DNA of 64,000 nt from Eledone cirrhosa (lineage: Eukaryota), in NCBI GenBank assembly GCA_964016885.1, contig OZ024741.1:396924001-396988000 (forward strand), written 5' to 3'. Below the pieces are notes generated by a model. The model was not told the DNA's origin and did not search any database. It worked only from the letters and a program-made list of their open reading frames with translations. Shown here piece by piece: positions 13,054 to 23,361 of this stretch. Each line of letters opens with the position of its first letter. Position 1 is the stretch's first letter. Made by a program: the position numbers and the translations under genes.

Positions 13054-13163
13054 CCCGTTGATGAAGCCGCATAAGCCGATTGTGCATTGTTGCATAATAT
13101 ATGCAGACGGATGGTGCAGTGCACCTTACTGCTGCATTCGTGCGGCAGAAACTCGAGTCCGGG
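13054..13163 (+). ncRNA. Type I hammerhead-like motif with 69-nt insertion in stem II
   Basis: CCCG-TTGATGA-AGCCGCA-[69 nt]-TGCGGCA-GAAA-CTCGAG-TC-CGGG; C3 replaced by U. Confidence 0.65.
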
Positions 13164-13549
13164 AACCATATAGGCACCCGTTTTACGTGTGTTGTGTTGA
13201 GGCAAATAACTATGTGTATACTCTGGTAATGTATCTTACATTGCCCATTGAGTGCGCTGAGATACAACCGGTACTGGCATTGATAAATATGCTGGGTCTG
13301 TCAACCCTTATTATTATATATACATATTTCGTTTCTGAATTTGTTTAGCAAGATTCTTTATCTGAAATCGTGTGTTCAAACCGATATTGTTATACTTTGG
13401 GAGGGTCATGTTGCCAATAAGAAACACACGCACCAGTTGCTTTCACTTCAATTTATTATATATTTATAAATTTATAAATTTACAAATCTACAAACTTATA
13501 AATTTCTGGTTGGTTGGTTGGTTCCACAACCAGATAGTTGTTTATATAT

Positions 13550-13594
13550 AGTCATAGTCCTTTCGTCACACACTCTGTGACCTCTTCAGTGACT
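13550..13594 (-). ncRNA. Minimal hammerhead ribozyme in inverted arm of PLE 1
   Basis: Reverse complement of the 17601-17645 motif. Confidence 0.75.
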
Positions 13595-13734
13595 GGGGAT
13601 TCCTTTCTTTGTTTCTGTGCCTTTCCTTTCTTCTATCCTACGCCATTTTGTTTCTGTGTGTGTGTTGTGTGCTCAGTTTGCGCATGCGCCACATCCGGGT
13701 GTCTGTGTGTGTTTGTGTTCATTTATCTATTTGT

Positions 13735-13765
<31 letters not shown>

Positions 13766-13836
13766 TTGTTGGTTGGTTGTTTGTTCTATGTGTGTGTGTG
13801 TTTTCATTTTGTCCTGTGTGTGTTTTCATTTTGTCC

Positions 13837-14652
13837 TTAATTGTAAGTTGTGATGTTGCTGTTCCACTCATATTTTCTATTTAATTTTGGTTGTAATTCT
13901 TTTATGCTTACTGCCTCTGTAATTTGCCTAAACATTGCATCTTTTCTGTGTGTGGATTCTATTTTTATTTCTATGTTCTCTAATCTACCCCTGTGTTCTA
14001 TCTTAGCATGTTGGTAGAGCACAGATGATTCTTTATTATCTTGAAGGTCTCGCCAGTGTTCATTTATTCGTTCCCCTATACTACGAGCTGTCTCACCTAT
14101 GTACACTATATTTTTGTTTCTACATTGTCCTTCAGTACATCTTATGCTATACACTACATTTCTAGTTTTACAGTTAATATGGGGGCTTATTTTACAGGTT
14201 ATACATTTCTTATCTATACATGAGGGTCTTTGGAACGGGTATGTCTTGCTAATAAGTGTTTTTACGGAGGTACCTGGTCTTTCTACTATCTTAATATTGA
14301 GTTTATGTTTATTTAGGGCCCTTCTAAATTTGTAGGCTAGTTCGCCTCTAGGGGTTGTATTGATGAACATTACACTCTGGTATTTATTGCTATCATACCA
14401 TGAGTTTATTCTATTGGCCTTGTTCCTAGTTCTTTCTATTCTATTCCAAAATTTGCTCCTATACAAGGGGCAGGTCCCATTTATGTCATTATTTCCCATT
14501 TTTTCCCATTTGGTTCTGGCTCCTTTATACACTCTGATTCTATCTCTCTGATTGTAGCCAGAGAACTGCATACGGTGGATGAAGTGTTGTATGTGTCTCT
14601 CTAGTTCTTCGGGGTTGCACATGCGGGACACATTTCTCATCAGCCGTACCAA
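13837..14652 (-). CDS. PLE 1 inverted arm: C-terminal part with GIY-YIG endonuclease
   Basis: 271-aa ORF nearly identical to the C-terminus of 14812-17358 (NVVYSIRC...VYIGETARSIGERINEH...EAVSI...LN). Confidence 0.7.
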   Translation of the reverse strand: MVRLMRNVSRMCNPEELERHIQHFIHRMQFSGYNQRDRIRVYKGARTKWEKMGNNDINGTCPLYRSKFWNRIERTRNKANRINSWYDSNKYQSVMFINTTPRGELAYKFRRALNKHKLNIKIVERPGTSVKTLISKTYPFQRPSCIDKKCITCKISPHINCKTRNVVYSIRCTEGQCRNKNIVYIGETARSIGERINEHWRDLQDNKESSVLYQHAKIEHRGRLENIEIKIESTHRKDAMFRQITEAVSIKELQPKLNRKYEWNSNITTYN

Positions 14653-14811
14653 ATCCGCAATCAGTATGTTGATTTTGGTATGGCCCTAAATGGCCGAGTT
14701 TCGGTGGATCAGATGTTTGGAAGTCATGGGTTTGGCATAATGGGAATGGAGGATTTGTTTTTGGTTGTTAATGGTATCTAACCAGAGCTCTGTGTCTAGT
14801 ACAGGTAATCG

Positions 14812-17358
14812 ATGGTTGGGGTGTCTACTTGGGTAGTCTATAGTAACTCTAATGCTCTGGTGGATGGAGTTTGCTATTTGCTGGATGCTTTCCATGAGGC
14901 TATTGGTGGAAATAGAAATAGAAACAACACAACTAACAATAACAATAACACTAGTACACATAAAGCAGCAGCCTGGAACTCTCCGTTTTATAATCCCTTC
15001 GATAAATCATTCGACCTGCGACGAGTCCACGCCACGACTTTGCCATTTAACAAACGCACGCAGTTGCCGACGCAGGTCGATGAACAAACAGAAGCACAAT
15101 TTAGTATAGCTAAATCCGAACTTAGAAATATTATAGAACAGTATAGCAAGAAGCATAATAGAATAGAGGCCCAGCAACTGGGAGAAAAATCTGCAAATGG
15201 CTTGCGTAAGCTCATGCAGCGCTCGCGTAATGGAGAGATAGCATGTTTTCCAACAGACAAGTCTGGCAGAATGTCTGTTGACAGCCTGCCAAACTACATC
15301 CAGGCAATGCAACCCCACATCACTAACACAAGAGAGGTAACACCACAGGAGCATGAGGATAGAGAAAAAGCCCTCAATGCCCATATGGTGATGTGGACGA
15401 ATATAATGCAGCCCAACAAAAGGACTGCCAACAACTTCCAGGCCTGGAACAATGACGTGCCGGCGTTGTATGGGCTTCGAAAAGACCATAAAACGGGCTG
15501 GGACCCTGTCGCGGGACCACCAACACGGCCAGTCTGTGTGGCTAACATTGCTAGTAACTACAGACTGTCCTACTTCCTCTCCCTGATCATACGCCCCATC
15601 ATTGAGATGTCCCCAGATGTATGTGACAGCACGGAGGACCTCCTCAGCAGAATCGGCGCGGGTAACCGATCTGGGGACCTAACAAACTGCATAATAGGCA
15701 GTATGGATGTTGTGTCCCTGTATCCATCTATTGACGTGGATTTTGCTGTGGAGAAATGCGTAGAAATGATCAGCGAGAGCAAGGTTGAGTTCCGTGGGAT
15801 TGATACCAGTGAGCTGGGACTTCTACTTAAGCTTACCCATAGTAATAGTTACCTAGACACTTATGACCTTAGCAACCTGTGCCCTACAAGACCAGCAAGA
15901 GGCAGACCACCTACCATTACCTCAATGGCCAAAAAAACCCACACAGATAGATGGAACGGGTGGACCAGAGCCATACGGACACCCGAAAACCACGATGAAC
16001 TGAAGAAAATGATTGCACATGCGGTAGGGGCCAGCATAAAATTAACCCTTAAGGAACATATGTTCAAATTTAATGGTAAAACATATGCCCAAGAGGAAGG
16101 AGCAGCCATTGGTGTTAGCATTACAGGCGACATAGCTAACTTATTCATGGTATGGTGGGACTGTAGACTTAAACAAAAACTTAAAGAACAATTAGAAGAC
16201 AGCTTAACCCTGATAATGTACTCCCGCCACGTAGATGATATAAACATCGTAGTTAAGACACCCCCACTAAAGAACAGTCAGGAACTAGAGAAAAACACAA
16301 TGGAAAGCATCCAGCAAATAGCAAACTCCATCCACCAGAGCATTAGAGTTACTATAGACTACCCAAGTAGACACCCCAACCATCGATTACCTGTACTAGA
16401 CACAGAGCTCTGGTTAGATACCATTAACAACCAAAAACAAATCCTCCATTCCAATTATGCCAAACCCATGACTTCCAAACATCTGATCCACCGAAACTCG
16501 GCCATTTCGGACCATACCAAAATCAACATACTGATTGCGGATTTGGTACGGCTGATGAGAAATGTGCCCCGCATGTGCAACCCCGAAGAACTAGAGAGAC
16601 ACATACAACACTTCATCCACCGTATGCAGTTCTCTGGCTACAATCAGAGAGATAGAATCAGAGTGTATAAAGGAGCCAGAACCAAATGGGAAAAAATGGG
16701 AAATAATGACATAAATGGGACCTGCCCCTTGTATAGGAGCAAATTTTGGAATAGAATAGAAAGAACTAGGAACAAGGCCAATAGAATAAACTCATGGTAT
16801 GATAGCAATAAATACCAGAGTGTAATGTTCATCAATACAACCCCTAGAGGCGAACTAGCCTACAAATTTAGAAGGGCCCTAAATAAACATAAACTCAATA
16901 TTAAGATAGTAGAAAGACCAGGTACCTCCGTAAAAACACTTATTAGCAAGACATACCCGTTCCAAAGACCCTCATGTATAGATAAGAAATGTATAACCTG
17001 TAAAATAAGCCCCCATATTAACTGTAAAACTAGAAATGTAGTGTATAGCATAAGATGTACTGAAGGACAATGTAGAAACAAAAATATAGTGTACATAGGT
17101 GAGACAGCTCGTAGTATAGGGGAACGAATAAATGAACACTGGCGAGACCTTCAAGATAATAAAGAATCATCTGTGCTCTACCAACATGCTAAGATAGAAC
17201 ACAGGGGTAGATTAGAGAACATAGAAATAAAAATAGAATCCACACACAGAAAAGATGCAATGTTTAGGCAAATTACAGAGGCAGTAAGCATAAAAGAATT
17301 ACAACCAAAATTAAATAGAAAATATGAGTGGAACAGCAACATCACAACTTACAATTAA
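14812..17358 (+). CDS. Penelope-like reverse transcriptase with C-terminal GIY-YIG endonuclease (5' truncated; first ~28 codons come from the inverted arm)
   Basis: PTDKSG, LYGLRKDHK, GSMDVVSLYPSI, GAAIG, YSRHVDD (YVDD variant), LPVLDTEL, Cys-rich linker CIDKKCITC, VVY...YIGET.R...R.NEH. Confidence 0.9.
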   Translation: MVGVSTWVVYSNSNALVDGVCYLLDAFHEAIGGNRNRNNTTNNNNNTSTHKAAAWNSPFYNPFDKSFDLRRVHATTLPFNKRTQLPTQVDEQTEAQFSIAKSELRNIIEQYSKKHNRIEAQQLGEKSANGLRKLMQRSRNGEIACFPTDKSGRMSVDSLPNYIQAMQPHITNTREVTPQEHEDREKALNAHMVMWTNIMQPNKRTANNFQAWNNDVPALYGLRKDHKTGWDPVAGPPTRPVCVANIASNYRLSYFLSLIIRPIIEMSPDVCDSTEDLLSRIGAGNRSGDLTNCIIGSMDVVSLYPSIDVDFAVEKCVEMISESKVEFRGIDTSELGLLLKLTHSNSYLDTYDLSNLCPTRPARGRPPTITSMAKKTHTDRWNGWTRAIRTPENHDELKKMIAHAVGASIKLTLKEHMFKFNGKTYAQEEGAAIGVSITGDIANLFMVWWDCRLKQKLKEQLEDSLTLIMYSRHVDDINIVVKTPPLKNSQELEKNTMESIQQIANSIHQSIRVTIDYPSRHPNHRLPVLDTELWLDTINNQKQILHSNYAKPMTSKHLIHRNSAISDHTKINILIADLVRLMRNVPRMCNPEELERHIQHFIHRMQFSGYNQRDRIRVYKGARTKWEKMGNNDINGTCPLYRSKFWNRIERTRNKANRINSWYDSNKYQSVMFINTTPRGELAYKFRRALNKHKLNIKIVERPGTSVKTLISKTYPFQRPSCIDKKCITCKISPHINCKTRNVVYSIRCTEGQCRNKNIVYIGETARSIGERINEHWRDLQDNKESSVLYQHAKIEHRGRLENIEIKIESTHRKDAMFRQITEAVSIKELQPKLNRKYEWNSNITTYN

Positions 17359-17429
17359 GGACAAAATGAAAACACACACAGGACAAAATGAAAACACACA
17401 CACACATAGAACAAACAACCAACCAACAA

Positions 17430-17460
<31 letters not shown>

Positions 17461-17600
17461 ACAAATAGATAAATGAACACAAACACACACAGACACCCGG
17501 ATGTGGCGCATGCGCAAACTGAGCACACAACACACACACAGAAACAAAATGGCGTAGGATAGAAGAAAGGAAAGGCACAGAAACAAAGAAAGGAATCCCC

Positions 17601-17645
17601 AGTCACTGAAGAGGTCACAGAGTGTGTGACGAAAGGACTATGACT
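17601..17645 (+). ncRNA. Minimal type I hammerhead ribozyme in PLE 1 3' region
   Basis: AGTCA-CTGAAGA-G-GTCACA gagtg TGTGAC-GAAA-GGAC-TA-TGACT. Confidence 0.8.
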
Positions 17646-17807
17646 ATATATAAACAACTATCTGGTTGTGGAACCAACCAACCAACCAGAAATTTATAAG
17701 TTTGTAGATTTGTAAATTTATAAATTTATAAATATATAATAAATTGAAGTGAAAGCAACTGGTGCGTGTGTTTCTTATTGGCAACATGACCCTCCCAAAG
17801 TATAACA

Positions 17808-17862
<55 letters not shown>

Positions 17863-18107
17863 TTTTGCGAGGTTTTTTATATGAAATCGTGTGTCGAAAC
17901 AAATATTGTTATACTTGGGGAGGGTCATATTTGTGTAATATTACCAGAATTAATAACAGAACACACTCACTGTTTGGTTGGTTTTCGCTTTTCGCTTCTG
18001 TGTCTTTTATATCGGTAATCTAATTTATTCGGTCCTCAATGTTGCCATTGACTGACCAACGGTCAAAAATACAGATACAATATAGACACAAACACTTATA
18101 TATAGTT

Positions 18108-18150
18108 TATCAAAGTTCTTTCGTTGCACATCTGCAACATCGTCAGTGGT
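18108..18150 (-). ncRNA. Minimal hammerhead ribozyme, PLE 2 left arm
   Basis: Minus strand CACCA-CTGACGA-T-GTTGCA gatg TGCAAC-GAAA-GAAC-TT-TGATA; weak stem I. Confidence 0.65.
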
Positions 18151-18420
18151 GCTATTGTTTTACTCCCGTTGCATTGTATTTTCTACACCATTTTTATTTA
18201 GTCTGTTTATATATTTATTTATTTGTTTATTTTATTTTGTCTTCTTTGCGCATGCGTTTTCGTGTGTGTATAGTGTTTTGTTTGATGTGTGTTCGTGATT
18301 GGGTGACTGTGTATTGGTTAATGTATTCTATCTTTACTAGTGTGTGTTTATATGTGTTTGTTGTTATTGTGCTTGTGTATGTATTTATTTATGTATTTAT
18401 TTATCTATTTATTTATTTAT

Positions 18421-19497
18421 TTATACTTCTCTTAGGTCAGTGTTGTTTGTTTGGGTGTTGTTATTCCATTCATTTTTTCTGTTTAGCCTTGGCTTTCTAA
18501 GTTCTATTTCACTGGCCTCTCTGATTTGCCTATCTGCTGGGTCATTTCTATGTTTAGATATTATTCTAATTTCTATGTTGTCTATGTTACCGTCGTGTTG
18601 TTGTCTGGCATGTTTGTATAGTACTGAACCGTTTTTTCGTCCTTTTAGTTCCCCCCAGTGTTGGTCTATCCTTTCACCTATGCTACGAGCTGTCTCGCCT
18701 ATGTATGTTGTTGTCATGTTTCGGCAAGTACCCTCTGTACATCTTATGCTATAGACTACGTTTCTAGTTTTACAGTTTATCCGGGGGTTTACCTTACATA
18801 TGATACATTTCCTATTAGTACAGTGGGTTTTCTTAAAAGGGTAGGTTTTGCTGATCAGGGATTTTATGGTGGTTCCTGGCTTTTCTACCACCTTAACCTT
18901 TAAGTGGGTCTTTCTCAGGGTCTTTCTACACTGGTTAGCTAATTTCCCTCCAGGGGTAGCGTCCACAAACATGACACTCTGGTATCTCTGGTTGTCGAAC
19001 CATGAGGTGGCTTTCCCTATCTTATGTCTAGCCCTATCTAAGCTATTCCATGATTTGATCCTGTATAATGAGCAAATTCCTTTCATGTCCAGTTCTATGA
19101 GGGTCTTATACTTCTCCGTGGCTCCTTCGTATACTCTGATTCTGTCTCTTTGGTTGTAGCCAGAGAACTGCATGCGGTTGATGAAGTGTTGGATGTGTCT
19201 TTTCATTTCTGATGCGTCGCACATGCGGGACACGTTCTTCATCACTCGTACCAAGTCTGCGATCAGAATATTAAACTTAGCACTACTGGACATTGCTGAG
19301 TTTTTGAGTATCAGGTATTTGGAGGCCATGGGTTTAGCATAGTGTGAGTGGAGAATTTGGGCTCTCTCGTCTATAGTGTTAATCCAGAGTTCCGTGTCTA
19401 ATACAGGTAGTCTATTGTTAGGGTGTTTGGAAGGGTAGTCGATAGTTACAGTTATACTCTGGTGTATGGAATTAGCTATCTGCTGGATGCTTTCCAT
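18421..19497 (-). CDS. PLE 2 thumb + GIY-YIG endonuclease ORF (358 aa, no RT palm)
   Basis: MESIQQIANS...LPVLDTEL...CTNRKCIIC...NVVYSIRC...YIGETARSIGERIDQH; homologous to the PLE 1 C-terminus. Confidence 0.75.
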   Translation of the reverse strand: MESIQQIANSIHQSITVTIDYPSKHPNNRLPVLDTELWINTIDERAQILHSHYAKPMASKYLILKNSAMSSSAKFNILIADLVRVMKNVSRMCDASEMKRHIQHFINRMQFSGYNQRDRIRVYEGATEKYKTLIELDMKGICSLYRIKSWNSLDRARHKIGKATSWFDNQRYQSVMFVDATPGGKLANQCRKTLRKTHLKVKVVEKPGTTIKSLISKTYPFKKTHCTNRKCIICKVNPRINCKTRNVVYSIRCTEGTCRNMTTTYIGETARSIGERIDQHWGELKGRKNGSVLYKHARQQHDGNIDNIEIRIISKHRNDPADRQIREASEIELRKPRLNRKNEWNNNTQTNNTDLREV

Positions 19498-19592
19498 TGT
19501 GCTACATTCTAAATCAAACTTGTTAGTGCTCTCTTGTGGGGGAGAGCACTAACAAGTTTGAGCACTAACAAGTTTGATTTAGAACGTAGCAC

Positions 19593-20670
19593 AATGGAAA
19601 GCATCCAGCAGATAGCTAATTCCATACACCAGAGTATAATTGTAACTATCGACTACCCTTCCAAACACCCTAACAATAGACTACCTGTATTAGACACGGA
19701 ACTCTGGATTAACACTATAGACGAGAGAGCCCAAATTCTCCACTCACACTATGCTAAACCCATGGCCTCCAAATAGCTGATACTCAAAAGCTCAGCAATG
19801 TCCAGTAGTGCTAAGTTTAATATTCTGATCACAGACTTCGTACGAGTGATGAAGAACGTGTCCCGCATGTGCGACCCAAAATAAATGGAAACACACATCC
19901 AACACTTCATCAATCGCATGCAGTTCTCTGGCTACAACCAAAGAGACAGAATCAGAGTAGACGAAGGAGCCACGGAGAAGTATAAGACCCTCATAGAACT
20001 GGACATGAAAGGAATTTGCTCATTATACAGGAGCAAATCATGGAATAGCTTAGATAGGGCTAGATATAAGATAGGGAAAGCCACCTCATGGTACGACAAC
20101 AAGAGATACCAGAGTATCATGTTTGTGGACGCTACCCCTGGAGGGAAATTAGCTAACCAGTGTAGAAAGGCCCTGAGAAAGACCCACTTAAAGATTAAGG
20201 TGGTAGAAAAGCCAGGAACCACCATAAAATCCCTGATCAGCAAAACCTACCCTTTTAAGAAAACCCACTGTACTAATAGGAAATGTATCATATGTAAGGT
20301 AAACGCCCGGATAAACTGTAAAACTAGAAACGTAGTCTATAGCATAAGATGTACAGAGGGTACTTGCCGAAACATGACAACAACATACATAGGCGAGACA
20401 GCTCGTAGCATAGGTGAAAGGATAGACCAACACTGGGGGGAACTAAAAGGACGAAAAAACGGTTCAGTACTATACAAACATGCCAGACAACAACACGACG
20501 GTAACATAGACAACATAGAAATTAGAATAATATCTAAACATAGAAATGACCCAGCAGATAGGCAAATCAGAGAGGCCAGTGAAATAGAACTTAGAAGGCC
20601 AAGGCTAAACAGAAAAAATGAATGGAATAACAACACCCAAACAAACAACACTGACCTAAGAGAAGTATAA
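19593..20670 (+). pseudogene. PLE 2 right arm GIY-YIG ORF with two premature stops
   Basis: Mirror of 18421-19497 with TAG at ~19774 and TAA at ~19882. Confidence 0.8.
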
Positions 20671-20934
20671 ATAAATAAATAGATAAATAAATACATAAAT
20701 AAATACATACACAAGCACAATAACAACAAACACATATAAACACACACTAGTAAAGATAGAATACATTAACCAATACACAGTCACCCAATCACGAACACAC
20801 ATCAAACAAAACACTATACACACACGCAAACACATGCGCAAAGAAGACAAAATAAAATAAACAAATAAATAAATATATAAACAGACTAAATAAAGATGGC
20901 GTAGAAAATACAATGCAACGGGAGGAAACAATAG

Positions 20935-20977
20935 TACCACTGACGATGTTGCAGATGTGCAACGAAAGAACTTTGAT
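20935..20977 (+). ncRNA. Minimal hammerhead ribozyme, PLE 2 right arm
   Basis: TACCA-CTGACGA-T-GTTGCA gatg TGCAAC-GAAA-GAAC-TT-TGATA. Confidence 0.7.
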
Positions 20978-21323
20978 AAACTATATATATGTGTTTGTGT
21001 CTATATTGTATCTGTATTTTTGACCGTTGGTCAGTCAATGGCAACATTGAGGACCGAATAAATTAGATTACCGATATAAAAGACACAGAAGCGAAAAGCG
21101 AAAACCAACCAAACAGTGAGTGTGTTCTGTTATTAATTCTGGTAATATTACACAAATATGACCCTCCCCAAGTATAACAATATATATATATTGTAAAAAG
21201 TTGGTACCCGACGGTATATATGTATATATATATATATATATATACGTTATTCCGGGTTGAATCGGAGGTAACCACAGTAAGGTACTCAATACATTGCAGA
21301 GTATAAAAGTTTTAATATAGATG

Positions 21324-21418
21324 AGATTCTACAGGACTAGAACTGTTTCATTCTTTAGAAATCATCAGGAATCCTGATGATTTCTAAAGAATGAAACAGT
21401 TCTAGTCCTGTAGAATCT
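21324..21418. repeat. Perfect palindrome (47-bp arms, 1-nt centre), each arm holding a hammerhead core
   Basis: AGATTCTACAGGACTAGAACTGTTTCATTCTTTAGAAATCATCAGGA-A-reverse complement; arm reads CTGATGA-TTTCTAAAGAAT-GAAA-CAGT-TC. Confidence 0.9.
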
Positions 21419-21420
21419 AA

Positions 21421-21484
<64 letters not shown>

Positions 21485-22068
21485 AAATAGTCAGTACCCG
21501 ACGGTATATATATATATATATATATATATAACATACATATATATATATACATACATATACACACATATACATATACATATATTGGTTAGTTTCAGAAGAT
21601 TCCGTTAAGGGTGAAAGCAGCGATTCTTTGCTTAAACTTTAATCTGTTATTTTAATAAATATATATGTATATATATATATATATATGATACTCTCATGGA
21701 AAGAAACAATGCAGTTATTAATAAGAAGAGTTGAAATTAATGCATGCAAGATATCACAGCAGTAGCATCACTCCTTCTTAAGCAGCCTATGGACTTTTCA
21801 ACCGACCCTCGTACACCTACATACACACACACCCACATTTTCAAAGGGGACAGCCACCTAAAATCTCTGAGAAAAACTATATGTACTTTTGTATCCAATT
21901 CCTATAAAAAATGATTTCCTAATGATAACACATGTGTCGTTTGATGTGTGAACCTGTAGTCATATAAATGAAAATGATATCGATTAGACAAAAATATCGA
22001 TTTTGGGCGTAAACTAAATATGGTACTTGTCTGAAATCGCGGAATTGCTGTTACGAGCTGGTTTATTT

Positions 22069-22123
<55 letters not shown>

Positions 22124-22532
22124 TCTATTTATCTATTTATTTATTTAATTATCTATTTATTACTATTTAGCCCAAACATGTCCTCATCCAGAAAATGTTT
22201 TCATTCTTTTTTTTTTTACTTTTTCCTAGTTTCAGTGATTAGAGAATAACTCTACTGGAACACGGCCTGCCATGTTATTCAATCAAATGATTATATCAAC
22301 ATCAAACATTTCTCTGTTACTTATCTACCCTTTGTTAACTCTTCAGGACTTTACCTTTCACATTTCAAGAAGGCTTTTTCCCGTTTTTATTATTTTCTTA
22401 TTCCTGCCTATTTTCTTATTCCTGCCTATTTTTCTATGTCTACATCTCTCTCCCAAACATATACTCTTCTCTCTCTTTCTTTCTTTCTCTCTCTCCCAAG
22501 CATTTACTATTCTCTCCCTCCCAAATATCCAC

Positions 22533-22592
<60 letters not shown>

Positions 22593-22844
22593 CTCTTTCT
22601 CTTTCTCTCTCTCTCTCTCTCTCGCTCTCTCACTCTCTCTCGCTCTCCCAAACATTCACTATTCTCTCTCCCATTCACTCTTCTCCTTACCCCTCTCTCA
22701 TTTCGCTCTCTAGCCCCCCCCTCTCTCGATGAAACATTAGCGCCCGAAACGTTGAAACGATCTTCCTACTCTACCAAGGGTTAAACTAATATATCGTAGT
22801 TGTATTGTATTGTCCACCTGCCTCATTTATCCTTGCTCCATTCT

Positions 22845-23090
22845 CGGCGACGTGTTGTGTCCTTGAGCAAGACACTTTATTTCACTCAACTGGCAAAAAT
22901 GAGTTTTATCTGTAATTCGAAGGGTCAGCCTTGTCACATTCTGTACCACGCTGAATCTCCCTGAGAACTATGTTAAGGGTACACGTGTCTATGGAATGCT
23001 GATCAACTTACACGTTAATTTTACGAACAGGCTGTTCCGTTGATCGTATCAACTAGAAGACATATCGTTGTAACCGACGGAGTCCCAGTT
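22845..23090 (+). mobile_element. SINE family 2-related copy, head truncated, different 3' part
   Basis: TGTTGTGTCCTTGAGCAAGACACTTTATTTCAC shared with the 5480-5712 and 61085-61345 copies. Confidence 0.6.
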
Positions 23091-23361
23091 TAATATATAT
23101 ATAATAGACATCACACCACCCGGTCTGTATTCCTCTATTCTCCCTTCTTACTTTGTCTACACCCCAGTGTCATCTTTCCTTCTCTTCTGCTTTACTATTT
23201 CTCTCCTTTCTACATTTTCTCTCCTTTGGCTAAGTCCTCGCACAGTTCTCTCCCTTCTTTGTCAGTTGTCGTACTTGGGCTACTTTTTCTTCTATATTTG
23301 TGTAATTCACCTAAAGGCATAAGTTATCTCAACTTGTTTTGATATGCCCCAATGTGCACTG

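Larger units (their letters stand above)
13325..17811. mobile_element. Penelope-like retroelement 1 (Neptune/Nematis-like, clade tentative) with 1.5-kb inverted duplication
   Basis: Arm 13384-14895 is the near-perfect reverse complement of 16300-17811; RT + GIY-YIG ORF; hammerhead in both arms; flanked by TA tracts. Confidence 0.9.
17860..21183. mobile_element. Penelope-like retroelement 2: palindrome of two 5'-truncated arms, RT core absent
   Basis: 17903-19533 is the reverse complement of 19542-21183 (a few % divergent), 8-nt loop, 16-nt duplication AGCACTAACAAGTTTG at the centre; TA tracts on both sides. Confidence 0.9.

Noticed and set aside
14812-14895. Start codon and N-terminus of the 848-aa ORF
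   Set aside because: These codons are the antisense of the inverted arm; the true ORF is 5' truncated at ~14896
21590-21630. CAGAAGA-TTCC..GGGT-GAAA hammerhead-like string
   Set aside because: Core mismatch, weak stem II and no stem I
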